Assembly (NCBI RefSeq): GCF_009914755.1
Contig: NC_060932.1
Source of the DNA: the human T2T-CHM13v2.0 reference genome, Homo sapiens
DNA length: 64,000 bases
Direction: 5' to 3' (one strand)
The notes below the pieces were generated by a model that saw only the letters and a list, made by a program, of their open reading frames with translations, had not been told where the DNA came from and searched no databases. Within the stretch, counting starts at the first letter, position 1; every line of letters starts with the position of its first letter. Shown here piece after piece: positions 12,998 through 26,499 of the stretch. Position numbers and translations under genes: made by a program.

Positions 12998-13587
12998 GAA
13001 ATGTGTGAAAGATAAAGGATTAATATTGATAAAGAACTTCATGTGACTTCTGGCATCAAGTCTTTTTTACCCAGTAGTTCAGAAATGGTTTTGAGATATG
13101 CTATGAGTCTAAAAAGAATTAATCAAATATCTGACCTATTCAAGATAGGTTTGTAATCTTTCTCAACATTGTCTTACTGATTTCTATAACTTGTGATGTT
13201 ACAATCTTAATTGGATATTAGATAATATGGGAAATAATTCTTAGTATTCTACCTCACGCTGACTTTCCAGCTTCTTCTATTGTATTTTCCTCCCTGTTTT
13301 CCCCCCATGCATACCTTATTCCAAATGAGAATACTTTCAACTTCCTGAATTTTCCATTTGCTTTCATACTTTGCATGTGAAAAAATGTAAGCCTGAAATT
13401 TATTCTTCATTTTATGCCTATCACAATTTTGCATGTCTTTCATGGCCCAAATGCTTATAAAACTAAAAAATGTTTTTCTTCTATGAAGTTTTATCAACAC
13501 CATTCACAACTAATGCCTCTTTTCCTTATGCTCCAGTAACAGTTTTCTTATATATTAATACTTATTTAGTACATATTTCAGTTGACT

Positions 13588-13972
13588 TGTTAGAAGAAAA
13601 ACTTCAGACAAATTAAATTTAACAGAGTTTAATTGAGGAAAGAATGATTCCTGAATCAGGAATCCCCTGAACCAGAATAGATTCAGAGAGACTTTGGCAC
13701 TGCCACATGGTCAGAGAGGATTTATGGACAGAAAAAGGAAAATGATGTACAGAAAATGAAAATGAGGTACAGGAATAGCTGGATGTGTTGCAGTTCAGCA
13801 TTTGCTACAGTTGAACAGTTGGTCACCTGTTATTGCCTGAAACTCAGTGATTGGTACAAGAGTAAGTTGCAGTCTGTTTATACATCTAGTTAGATTACAG
13901 TTCACTATGTACAGAGAAACCTTTAGGCCAAACTTATAATGAGGGCAGTTTTAGGCTAAGCCTAATTTAACA
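13588..13972 (-). mobile_element. 3' LTR of the MER57-type provirus
   Basis: Minus strand begins TGTTAAATTAGGCTTAGCCTAAAACTGCC and ends ...CTAACA. Confidence 0.85.
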
Positions 13973-14580
13973 ATTCCCTTCATTTGGTCAACCGGAGAGG
14001 TTGACCAAAACTTTATGCGTTGACATCATTCTTTTGCCATGATAAATGTATTTACTTGGTCTCAAATCTCACTAGAAAATAGCAGAACAGTGGGTTTTGT
14101 AAGTCCTTGTAAACAGGACTTTAACTTACTTTTTTGTAAAAGGTAGCCTAGAGGAGACTTCCTTATTATGCTGGAATGTCCTGTTTTCAAGAGAGAAAAA
14201 CATTTCTGGTCTTTTTTGGGGGGCTATCTGCTTCTTTAAAGTTTCAATTTGATTATGTTGCATTTAGCATGAGTGACTCCATCTTGATTTGATCTGGTCT
14301 GGTCTGTTAAGGCCTAGTGTATGAGCTCAGTCCAAAACAATGACCTCCCATAATTTTGTTTAACTCATCCTTTTGGTCAGGTTTTTACGTAGGTGAGAGT
14401 GTGAGCAAAGCTTAGGGCATTAGCACTACTCTTAGTTACCATCATTTAGGGTTTCCAGTCACAGTGTGTCGTTCATAGGTTATGGTGTTCTCATAATCAT
14501 GCATTTCTTTGAGTTTTTGTTGTTCCAGTTGAAGAGAAACCATTTGACATTCTATAGATGACTGTATGCAAACATTTAAA

Positions 14581-15000
14581 ACTTTTGAGAGAATACAGTG
14601 CACCAGGGAGATGACTATTATGACTGTCAGGAGGATAATACCAAGAGTTTGGAGTATGCCTTAGCTGGGATCCTCATGAACCAAACCAGCTAAAATCAAA
14701 GACCAAAGAATAAGCTAGATAAAGCATCTGTTTGTTTCAACCAAGCAACCTATTTGTTAATCCCCTACAACAGAATCTCTATAATACATAATGTATGTGT
14801 CATGTGCAACAAGAAGTGTCAGTAACTTCACAGATACTTCTCTGTTCAGCAGTAAGTTATAATTTTATTGGATGTAGCATAACTTCAGCAAGAGAATTTA
14901 AAGAAGCTTTTTGTGCACCCATAGTCTTTGCAGTAGAATCTGCTGTAGAACCTGTTATAAGGAATAAATTTTTAATCATTGCCTCATTTACTCCAAACTG
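14581..15000 (-). pseudogene. ERV env transmembrane-subunit remnant
   Basis: Minus strand gives LTAEQRSICEVTDTSCC (immunosuppressive region plus CX6CC at 14806-14832) and the anchor GILQTLGIILLTVIIVISLVHCILSK (14581-14660). Stop codons present. Confidence 0.75.
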
Positions 15001-15476
15001 TGTAAAAAGAGACCGCCCATCTGGAATAATGAAGGCCTTCTGGCAGTTTTCTCTTGAACTGATGACGTAGGTTAAGAGGAGTGGACCACTGTTCTGTCTC
15101 TGACATTATGAAGCAACAAAGATATTAAAATTTCTTGAACACGTTGTTTTTCATCTTTCATGTATCAAAGCATAGGTTGTCCATAAATAAGGTTGGCTGC
15201 AAAATCCCCCACAAATAAAAGTATACTTCATGAGTGCACACAAACCCCTTTTCCAGTGGTATTGCTCATAGAGGTATAAGCAAGGAAAAAATTGAGAAGT
15301 AAGAGTTTCATGATAGCAGAGAAGTCTTGATCTGTGATCTTTGGAAAGCTGTCTGAATCTGGGATGTCATCTGCTTCTAGGGAGAAACTTCTGTGGTTAG
15401 CTTTACCTTAAGGTCTCCAATGGGTGTATAGTTCCAAGAGTCTGTAGGGGATCTTCTGAGTTGTGAGATTACAAGC

Positions 15477-16122
15477 TTAAGGTTCACAGTCCCACAGTTT
15501 TGTTGCAGTGTGGGTGGCAGGGGCAGTCTTTCCTTGATGTTTCCAGAAGACCAAATCTCTGAGTTTTAGATCACCTGGGTTTGATTGTCCTCTGTTGGGG
15601 GACCATGACAAACTTTCTTTAACCTGGTGAAAATACACTTTGGCATAATACATTAAAGCCTGGTAGAATTTAGTCATATTAGAGTTTAGGAATGGAAGAT
15701 ACATGAGGTTCTATTATTAGGAGCATAGGCCTTCCAGTGACTATTTCATAAGGGATCAACTTATATTTTCCTCTGGAACTAGATCTGATTGTTATCAATC
15801 TGCAATATCTTTGACCAAGGCAACCTAGTTGATTCAATTAGTTTTGCTTAATGTTACTGTATTTGTAATACCTTATTTATTTTACTTGTCCAGTGAAACA
15901 AGTACCTTTATCACTAGAGACTTTTCCAGGAATGTCCCATGAGGGAAATACATTTTCTGATAACCTTTTAGCTACTGTTATAGGATTAACCTTCTTGTAT
16001 GAGAAAGCTTCTGTATAACCAGAATATATGCATTGAAAACAACAATGGAATGAAATCTTTCTATGTTCAAATGGCCAATCAGGTAGCAGAAATATACCTG
16101 AAGTATATTTGTCACAAGTCAT
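15477..16122 (-). pseudogene. ERV pol integrase remnant
   Basis: ORF 15877-16122 SGYTEAF...TVAKRL...IPGKVSSDKGTCFTGQV matches the integrase core. ORF 15477-15704 resembles the C-terminal region. Confidence 0.75.
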
Positions 16123-16159
16123 TTTGGTAATTTAGAAGAGTCACCACACCAGTTTGTAA

Positions 16160-16195
16160 GTGTGTGTGTGTGTGAGTGTGTGCATGCATGTGTGT
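16160..16195. repeat. Imperfect (TG)n
   Basis: Read directly. Confidence 0.85.
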
Positions 16196-16247
16196 ATTCT
16201 ATTTGGATCATTTTATCTCCTCCATGGTGAGTCATGGAGTATAGACG

Positions 16248-16440
16248 ATTTATTTATTTATTTATTTATTTATTTATGTATTTATTTATTTAGAGATGGA
16301 GTCTTGCTCTGTCACCTAGGCTGGAGTGTGGTGGCACAGTTGTAGCTCAGTGTAGCCTTGAACTCCCGGGCTCAAGCAATTCTCCCACCTAAGCCTCCTG
16401 AGAAGCTGGGATTATGGGTAGAAGCCACAATGCCCAGCTA
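16248..16440 (-). mobile_element. Alu right-arm monomer (FRAM/AluJ-like) with (TTTA)n tail
   Basis: Single antisense Alu arm. Confidence 0.85.
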
Positions 16441-16600
16441 GAGCTTTTAATAATGGAGGTTTAAGGATTTAGGAATTACAGGTGACTGTCCAGCCTCTCT
16501 CTGTGAGTCTACATTTAACATTGGATTTATATTCTCTTAAATACCAATTTTGTTTCTCCAAATTAAGTGTGTAGCATTGTTTTCTAGATGGATTATCATA

Positions 16601-18899
16601 GTTTGTTAGTCTGTTTTCACGCTGCCGATGAAGATATACCCAAGACTGGGTAATTTATAAAGGAAAGAGGTTTAATGGACTCATAGTTTGATGTGGCTGG
16701 GGAGGCCTCACAATCATGGTGGGAGGCAAAAGGCACATCTTACATGGTGGCAGGCAAAGAGAGAATGAGAGCCATGCGAAAGTGTTTCCCCTTATGAAAC
16801 CATCAGATCTCGTGAGACTTATTCATTACCAAGAGAACTGTATAGGGAAAACTGCCCCCATGATTCAGTTGTCTCCCCCTGGGTTCTTCCCAAAACGTGG
16901 GAATTATGGAAGCTACAATTCAAGATGAGATTTGGGTGGGGACATAGCTGTACCATATCACTTCATCCCTGGCCACTTTCAAATCTCATGTCCTCATATG
17001 TCAAAACCAATTATGCCTTCCCAACAGTCCCTCAAAGTCTTAACTCATTTCACCATTAACTCAGAAGTCCACAGTCCAAAATCTCATTTGAGACAAGGCA
17101 AGTCCCTTCCACCTATGAGCCTGTAAAATCAAAAGTAAGTTAGTTGCTTCCTAGATACAGTGGGAGTATAGGCATTGGATAAATACAGCCATTCCCAATG
17201 GGAGAAATTGGCCAAAACAAAGGGGCTACAGGCCCCATGCAAGTCTGAAATCCAGTGGGACAGTCAAATCTTAAAGCTCCAAAATGATTTCTGTTGACTC
17301 CATGTGGCTCACATCCAGGTCACACTGATGCAAGAGGTAGGTTCTCATAGTCTTGGACAACTCTGCCCTGTGGCTTTGCAGGGTACAGAGCCCCTTCCGG
17401 CTGCTTTCATGGGCTGGCACTGAGTGCCTGTGGCTTTTCCAGGTGCACAGTGCAAGCTGTCAGTGGATCTACCATTCTGGGGTCTGGAGGATGGTGGCCC
17501 TCTTCTCACAGCTCCACTAGGCAGTGCCCCAGTGTGGACTCTGTGTGGGAGCTCCAACCCCACATTTCCCTTCTGCACTGCCATAGTAGAGGTTCTTATG
17601 AGGGCCCTGCCCCTGCAGCAAACTTCTGCCTGGACATCTAGGCGTCTCCATACATCCTCTGAAATCTAGACAAAGGTTCCCAAACCTCAATTCTTGACTT
17701 CTGTACACCCTCAGGCTCAACACCAGGTGGAAGCTGCCAAGGCTTTGGGCTTGCACCCTCTGCAGCCATAGCCCAAGCTGTACCTTGGCCCTTTTTAAAC
17801 ATGGCTAGAGCAGCTGGGATGCAGGGCACGAAGACCCTAGGCTGCACGCAGCAGGGGGACCCTGGGCTGAGCCCACAAAACCATTTTTTTCCTCCTAGAC
17901 CTCTAGACCTGTGATGGAAGGGGCTGCTGCAAAAGTCTCTGACATGCTCTGGAGATATTTTCCCCATTGTCTTGGCAATTAACATTTGGCTCCTCGTTAC
18001 TTAAGCAAATTTCTGCATCTGGCTTGAATTTCTTCATAGAAAATGGGTTTTTCTTTTCAGTCGCATTGTCAGGCTGCAAATTTTCTGAACTTTTATGCTG
18101 TTTCCCTTTTAAAACTGAATGCTTTTAACAGCACCCAAGTCACCTCTTGAATACTTTGCTGCTTAGAAATTTCTTCTGCCAGGTACCCTAAATCATCACT
18201 CTCAGGTTCAAAGTTCCACAAATCTCTAGGGCAGGGACAAAATGTTGCCAGTCTCTTTGCTAAAAAATAACAAGAGTCAGCTTTGCTCCACTTCCCAACA
18301 AGTTACTTATCTCCATCTGAGACTACCTCAGCCTGGATTTCATTGTCTATATCATTATCAGCATTTTGGTCAAAGCCATTCAACAAGTCTCTAGGAAGTT
18401 CCAAACTTTCCCACATTTTGCTGTCTTCTTCTGAGCCGTCCAGACTGTCCAAATCTCTGGACTGTTACCCAGTTCCAAAGTTGCTTCCACATTTTCAGGT
18501 ACCTTTACAGTAGCACCCCACTCTAATGGTACCTGCTTACTGTATTAGTCCATTTTCATGCTGTTGATAATGACATACTTGAGACTGGGTAATTTATGAA
18601 GGAAAGAGGTTTAATGGACTCATGGTTCCACGTGCCTGGGGATGCCTCACAATCATGGTGGGAGGCGAAAGGCACGTCTTACATGGTGGCAGGCAAAGAG
18701 AAAATGAGAGCCATGCAAAAGTGTTTCCCCTTATAAAACCATCAGATCTTGTGAGACTTATTCACTACCATGGGAACAATATGGGGGAAACCGCCCTCAT
18801 GATTCAGTTATCTCCCACCGAGTGCCTCCCAAAACGTGGGAATTATGGGAGCTACATTTCAAGATAAGATTTGGGTGTGGACACAGCCAAACCATATCA
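16601..18899 (-). mobile_element. Full-length THE1 MaLR (LTR 16601-16960, internal 16961-18540, LTR 18541-18899)
   Basis: Two near-identical LTRs of about 360 bp beginning TGATATGG on the minus strand, typical THE1 internal region, 5-bp TSD catag/cattg. Confidence 0.93.
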
Positions 18900-19929
18900 C
18901 ATTGGTAATTTGACTTGCATCATGGAGTTCATTCGAATAGCACATCTTAATAATTTCAGTGCTGGCTGATTTATTATGAAAACCTGGCAAAGTATTTTCT
19001 TGGTATTCAATTAATTATTGTCCTCCTTGGATTAGCAGTTTTATAAATCAGTTAGTCTTTTCATTGGAGTACTAGGAATCCTTACTTAGTCCAAATGATA
19101 TGATCCTAAAGTCATCAGAAACCTGTATTCAAAGGTGCTTCTTATGGTCCTTTCTACCCTTTCCATGAACTTCCATGAAGACACAACACTTTAGGATTTT
19201 ATTTGCTTGTAAAGAGCTGTTTTAAAATGCATCAGAATTAAGCAGTTAACTGTGGACAAGAATTAATATGATCATGATCAAAGACACAAGTGAGAAGAAA
19301 ATTTGGTTGTTTCTGTGGCCTATAATAACTTAACATAATAACTATAGTTATGACTGATTTCCTACCAAGATATAACAGAATTTTAGGAATCACATACAAT
19401 TTTGGAACATATATTAATAACGTATTCATGAAAATATAACTCAAAGAGGGTAAAACATTTCTTATTTGACAATGCTTCCCATATGCTTTAACATACCAAA
19501 TAAGCCTGTTCATCTCTCTTTTGAATGTTTCAGGGTCCCTCTGTAGCATTCCAAAGTAGTTTGAGGTCACAAAAAGACAACTTTTAATTTGAAGTTTGAT
19601 TTTGGGAAACATATCAAATATGTCAAAGGTTTAAAACAATTAAAACAGGATCACTAGTCACTGTAAATAATATTTATTTAGCCAAAGGGATAAATAAAAG
19701 GTTTTAAAAAGCAAAAATCTGTTTTCAGTTTTCCAAACAATCTGGAGACCTAATGAAAACAATATGGGACAGTATCTGTGTCTGCTTCTGTCTTCTATTG
19801 TTTTTTTTTTCTTCACAGTTTACTCAAATGTTGAACAGAAATTTATCTACTATCTCTTATTAATATTATATGCAAATCTTGTTCAAAGTAAAATACCAAA
19901 TGTTATTTATGTATTAATACATTATGAAT

Positions 19930-21943
19930 TATATTAAGCCATTCTTGCATTGCTATAAATAAATGCCATTGATTAGGTAATTTATAAACAAAATAGTTTT
20001 AATTGGCTCACAGTTCTGCAGGCTTTAAAGTAAACATGGTGCCGGCATCTGCTTGGGCTTTTAGGGAGGCCCCAGGAAGCTTACAGTCACAGTGGAAGGT
20101 GAAGGGGGAACAGGCCATTGTAGGAGCATGGCTAGAACAGGAAGAAGAGAGGATGGTGGGGAGAGGTGCCACACACTTTTAAAGATAACCAGAGTTAGTG
20201 AGAACTCACTCACTATAGTGAAGATAGCACCAAGCCATGAGGGATCTAGCCCCATGACCCAAACACTTTATACTAGGCCTCACCTCCAGCACTGGGGATT
20301 ACAATTCTACATGAGATTTGGGTAAGGAAAAATCTCCAAACTATATCATTCCATCCCTTGTCCCTCCCAAATCTCATTTCCTTCTCACATAACTAAATAC
20401 AATCATGCCTTCACAACAGTCCCCCAACATTGTAACTTGTTCTATTGTTTAAAGTCCAAAGTCCGAAGTTTCATCTGAGACAAGGCCAGTCTCTTTTACC
20501 TGTGAGCCTGTAAAATCAAACAAGTTATCTACTCCCACAGTACAAGTGGGGTATAGGAATTGGGTAAACATTTTTATCCCAAAAGGTAGAAATTGGCAAA
20601 AAGAAAGGGGCTACAGGTCTCATGTAAGTTTGAAACTCAGCAGGGCAGTCATTAACTCTTAAAGCTCCAAGAAATCTCCTTTGACTCCATGTCCTGCGTG
20701 CAGGACACACTGGTGCATGAGGTGGGCTCCTATGGCCTTGGGCAGCTCCACCCCTGTGGCTTTGCAGGGTACTGCCCCTGTAGCTGCTCTCATAAGTTAT
20801 TGAGTGCCTGCAGCTTTTCCACATGCAGGATTCAAGCTCCCACTGGATCTACCATTCTGGATTTTGGAGGATGGTGGTCCCTTTCTCACAACTCTACTAG
20901 GCAGTGCCCCAGGGGGGACTCTGTGTGGAAGCTCCAACCCCACATTTCTCCTCTGCACTCTCCTAGTAGAGATTCTCTGTGAGGGCTCCACTCTTAGGAG
21001 GCTTCCGCGTGGACACTGTGCTTTTTCATACATCCTCTCAAATCTAGGAGGAGGCTGCCGAGATTGCACTCTGTGTGCCTGCAATCTTAATACTATGTGG
21101 AAGCTGCCAAGACTCATGGCTTGCATTCTTCAAAGTGTCAGCTCAAGCTGTATCTGGGCCTCTTTGAGCCCCAGCTGTAGCTGTAGCTAGAGCAGCCAGC
21201 ATGCCAGGTGCCATGTCTTGAGGTGGCACAGGGTAGTGGTTTCTGTTCTCCCAGGCCTCAGTGCCTGTGATAGGTGGGCCCGCCATGAAGGTTTCTGAAC
21301 TCCATCAAGGTCTTTTCTCCATTGTCTTGAATATTAGCAGTTGGCTCCCATTTAGTAATATAAATATCTCTAGTAAGTTGTTGCTTCACAGCCAGCTTGA
21401 ATTCCTCTCCCATAAAAGCTTTTTCTTTGCCACATGGCCAGACTGCAGATTTTCCAAACTTTTAGGCTCTATTTCCTTTGAAATGTAATTGTTGACTTTA
21501 GATTATTCTTTGGTCCCACATGTGAGTATAGGTTGTTAGAAGCAGGGAGGCCACATCTTGAACTTTTTGCTGCTTAGAAATTTCTTCCTTCAGATACCCT
21601 AGGTCATCACTCTGAAGTTCAGACTTCCACAGGTCCCTAGGACATGAGCAGAATGCAGCTAAACTTTTTGCTTAGGCATAACATGCATGACATTTGTTCC
21701 AGCTCCCAGTAAGGTTCTCATTTCCATCTGAGACCTTGCCAACCTTGATTTTAGTGTCCATACCACTATCAGCATTTTGGTCACAACTGTTTAATCAGTC
21801 CCTAAGAAGTTCCAAACTTTCCTTCATCTTCCTCTCTTCTTCTGAGCCCTCCAAACTCTTCCAACATCTGCCCATTACCCAGTTCCCAAGTTGCTTCCTC
21901 ATTTTCAGGTATCTTTATAGCAATGCCCTACTCCTTGATACTA
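19930..21943 (-). mobile_element. MST MaLR: 3' LTR (19930-20348) plus internal region, 5' LTR absent
   Basis: MSTA/B-type LTR ending caaactatatca. The internal region is homologous to the THE1 internal region and runs to its 5' start (gcaatgccctactccttgatac). Confidence 0.85.
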
Positions 21944-22602
21944 TCAATATAGAAGTTAATATTGCTAAAATCTTATAAGCAAATCCATCCAGTCTCAGAT
22001 AGCTTTTGACCACACAAGATTTTCATAAACCTTTTATGATCTCTTAGAAAATTTTAAAATTCTTTTTATTTTTAACTGTTTTTTTTGTATCTATATCTTT
22101 TTTATTTTTTTAATTTGAAGCAACCTTTAAGTAACTTCTAGATGGGCAGAATTGATTTTCTCAACAAATGCATATTTTTATGCCTTTACAACTTTTCTCA
22201 CTAAAAACATATCTTACTTTTCTTTATACACTGTATATAGAATTGTTTTTCCTATATCTAGTAGTTATAATTACACACATTAACTATAATTTTAACTCTT
22301 AGTAACCCTGGTTTTTAGTGAAAACCTAGCATAAGTAATTTTGAACTGTTTTATATCAGCATTTGCTGATGAAAATGATTTTATGATTTTTAGAATTATG
22401 TTTTCTCAAATTTTTGTTTAATTGATTTAAATATGTTTAGCATTTTTATGCAACATAAAAGTAAGATGCCAAAGTATATAACCTTGAATTTATATTTAAT
22501 AATTAATGTTTCAATATTTTAATTTACTTACAAATGAATCATTTTTTGATTATTTGTTACTTAATTTAATATGATTTGAAGATTTTAAACTACTGAAAAG
22601 AT

Positions 22603-22807
22603 TAAATGATTCTCCTGCTTCAGCCTCCTGAGTAGCGAGGATTACAGGCACTCGCCACCATGGCCGGCTAATTTTTTGTATTTTTAGTAGAGATGGGGTT
22701 TCACTATGTTGGCCTGGCTGGTCTCGAACTCCTGACCTCAAGTGATCTGCCCGCTTTGGCCTCCCAAAGTGCTAGGATTACAGACATGAGCCACCAGAAC
22801 TGGTCCT
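22603..22807 (-). mobile_element. Alu (AluS-like), tail-side part missing
   Basis: Antisense Alu lacking the poly(T) and part of the right arm, with tgaaaaga on both flanks. Confidence 0.9.
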
Positions 22808-24281
22808 GAAAAGAATTTTGAAATGTTACCCTCTCTAAAGTCTTTCCTAGTAGTCCTGGGTCTCAGGTAGCCACATGGCATCCTGGATGGCTATGAAGGC
22901 CAGGGCCCATCTGGGTCCTGAATTTACATATTAGGTGTAGAACTCAGAAGAGAAGACAGCTGTGAAAGTGATTCCTGTTCCATGCAACCCTTTGCAGAAT
23001 GGCTAGGAGGCAAAACTGGACCAGGGAGGAATGGGCTTGACTCGGCCCTGCAGCTGGTGGTCTAAGTACTGAGGACATATCTTCAGGTCTTACCTTGGAT
23101 GCCTGTCCAGATCCCAGAACCTAGAGGCTTGAAACATAAACATAAGTTCACCGTCAAATTAAACAAGTATTAAAAATATTAAGGAAGCAGCAGTTTTGTG
23201 ACCTTGAAACATGTAACAGAGATAGCATAAGCCTATCTGACCAGTACACCCAGGCAGAAATTACCGTATTATATTTAACTGACAATTATGAAGCCATTCT
23301 TATTTTTTTTACCAACAATTTTAAAACTCCTTTTTTTTTTACAAAGTATCAGCACATGCACATAACACATACAGACTTGCAGACATACAGACACTCAGAC
23401 AAAAGCAGATCTTTTAGCTTTTATAAGGAATTCTGGTTTGTGGACTTTTAAATAGTTTTTCTTTTCTCTATTTACTCTATCAGTCTTACAAATACCTGTT
23501 TTTTTGTCCTAAGCAATTATTAGTTAAGCAACAATTTGTCTTTTAAAGTGATGACTCTTAGGTGAAAAAAAGGTAGAAAATTTATATCTGAAAAGCACAG
23601 AGCTGAGACTTTAGGCCTAAATATCCTATCACCATTTATTCAACCCAAGGAAAAAAGGTACATAAAGACCCATTTAAGACAAGATGGCCAGAAAACTACC
23701 TTAAACAAAGGTAAGACTTGTTATGTAAATTTAAAACAATGGTAAGAGTTCCTAGTGACCTAGTCTTCCCTTTCATACACCCTTACAAATGGAAATTTCC
23801 TTATAGATGTAAACTTTTTTGCAAAAGGGTTTTTATATAGACTGTTAAATGCCAGAAAGGTATATTTTCAAAACAATTTAGTTCAATAGGTGGTCTTTTA
23901 AACTAAGCTATTGTTTCTTAGCTAAAATTACTGAGCTCAGGGTAGAGCCCCTTAAGGAATAGGGCAAAGAAAGCCTTTATGCCTGGATTTAGCATGTATA
24001 GCTCTTAAAAAGAAGCAAGTCTACTTTACCTGAGGGCCTACCTTTTATAAACACTTTATCCAGAATAGCTTTCTTTTTTCCTTCAGAACAGGATATTAAT
24101 TAAGCCAAAAGTTAAGCAGATTCAATTCTTCTTCTCAGTTAGTTGCTTAAGCTTTTTATTTGCCTTTTAAAGTCTTTTTTTTTTTTAATAAAGAGGGAAT
24201 AACAATACTGAAATATTTTTAGAAGCTTCTGCATATCAATAGGAATATCTGGGTGAGCTTAATTCAGGAGCCCTCATTTTA

Positions 24282-24590
<309 letters not shown>

Positions 24591-25266
24591 ATACTTTTTA
24601 AAGTGTAGTGTCATTCATTTGGAATGTTTCAGTGTAATTTTAAATTACCTTTAGTCAGATTTTGCCATTTCTCCAAGTGTTTGATGCTTTTGGGGCTTAA
24701 TACTTATACAGGTAAATGTAGATATAGTTGGAAGTTGATGTACTCAGTTCTTTAGAAATTAGGATTCCATTTTCACATGGAATCTTGGCTTTGCCTCTCA
24801 GATCCGCTTGATCAACTTAGCCAATGATTTTTTCCTACTTAAGTGTGTAAAAAAAAAAGAAACAAAGGGGATGGTACACAAAAGTCTTTGAGAACTCCTG
24901 AAAGCTGGAGTTCACATCCCATGCAATATTGTCATTTACTGCCAGTTTCTACCTGACCTAGTCAGACACCTTAGGCCTCTAACTGGAATCAGGCCAGATA
25001 ATTATCAGATAGAGTGTGATCTGGGACCCAGTTTAGTTTCTGTCATAACTTCTGAACCCAGTTCAGATAAAAAATTTGCTCAAACAAACTTAGATAGCTC
25101 AAAACAGAAATCCATGGATCTTAAGAATCCGAGAGAGAACTTACCCACAGTCTCCAGTTTCTGGGACAGCAATGGACACAATGGCCAGGCAGGTACTTTG
25201 CTTGGTTACCCAATGCTCCTGGGGCTCACTAGAAGCTCTATTTTGGTTCCTACTTCTGATACCATG

Positions 25267-25698
25267 TGGTAAAATTAAAAACTTTGGGCAAATTAAATTT
25301 AACAGTTTAATTGAGCAAAGAATGATTTGTGACTCAGGTAGCCCCCCAACCAGAACAGAGTCAGAGAGACTCCAGTGCTTCTGTGTGGTTGGAAAAGATT
25401 CGTGGACAAAAAAAAAGAAGTGACATACAAAAATACAGAAGAGATGTACAGAAGGAGCTGAATTAGTTACAGTTAGGTGCTTGCCTTATTTATTTATTCT
25501 GTATGTATGTGTGTATGCATTTATTTATTTATCTGTGCTTTGCTGAAACTCAGTGATAGTTACAAGAGTAGGTTACAGTCTGTGTATACATCCATTTAGG
25601 TTACAGTTCACTATGTAACTGTACTCCAGACAGATGTATGGCGAAACCTTTAGGACAAACTTATAAGGAGCCAGCTGTAGGCTAAACTTAATTTAATA
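25267..25698 (-). mobile_element. 5' LTR of the MER57-type provirus
   Basis: Homologous to 13588-13972 and adjacent to the PBS. Confidence 0.85.
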
Positions 25699-25849
25699 GA
25701 CTTAATTATATTTGTTTCCATGTCTGTCTCATATCTATGCATGTTCATATCTATCTTATTTTACTGATGACAAGAACAGGGTAATATTCAACTTTATGTT
25801 TTTCTCTATCATGTATCAAATAATATACACACAATACATATTTGTTTAT

Positions 25850-26170
25850 TCATTATTAATGTAAACATTCAGTAAGTATTGAGAACTTGACTATGAGCCA
25901 TGTATTATGCTAGTCACTGGGATAAACTGGAAAGCAAAAACAGACAAAGCAATTCTCATGACTTTTCTAATTAGAGAGGTAGAGATTAATGAGATAATTA
26001 CATACATGAACAAAAGGTGCAACTGTAGTAAATGTCATATAATACAGTGCTTTGATAATATTTAACAGAGGGATTTGACCTAGTCAGTGATGTTAAGGAA
26101 TACCTCTCCAAGGAAGTGATATTGAAGTGCATGAGAATAAGTAGGAGTATGGAAGTGAAGAGTAGAAAGT
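25850..26170 (-). mobile_element. L2 3' fragment
   Basis: cattcagtaagtattgagaacttgactatgagcca...tgctagtcactggg antisense L2 tail. Confidence 0.6.
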
Positions 26171-26256
26171 ATGGTTATATTAGCTTCATGACATTGTTAG
26201 AGAACTTGCTTTTTCTTTCTTTCTGAAACAACATATAGAACATGGAAATATTTATT

Positions 26257-26435
26257 GGAGGTCCTTAATCTGTTTTGTATATGAATACGTTTGACAGCCT
26301 GTTGAAGCCTATCGATTCTTTCTCAAAATGTTTTTAAATGCATAAAAGATAATACATGCAATTAAAAAGGAAGTCAATTCAATTGAAATACCAATCTATT
26401 CATGGACTATCTGGGGGTGGATCACAAGTTAAGAT
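26257..26435. mobile_element. hAT-Charlie MITE fragment (Charlie4-like)
   Basis: gaggtccttaatc...tttgacagcctgttgaagcctat...gtttttaaatgcataaaa...caagttaag. Confidence 0.5.
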
Positions 26436-26499
26436 AGAAAAATTTGAGTTAAAAGAATCACTTGTAATCCATACAGGTGGTTACTGTTTTTTTTAAGGA

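Noticed and set aside
14581-15070. Syncytin-like domesticated env
   Set aside because: A stop follows the CX6CC motif almost immediately, frameshifts are present, and there is no long minus-strand ORF.
16716-21978. Cluster of 60-130 aa ORFs, including two near-identical ones (16716 and 18622)
   Set aside because: They arise from THE1/MST LTR and internal sequence. The duplicate reflects the two LTRs.
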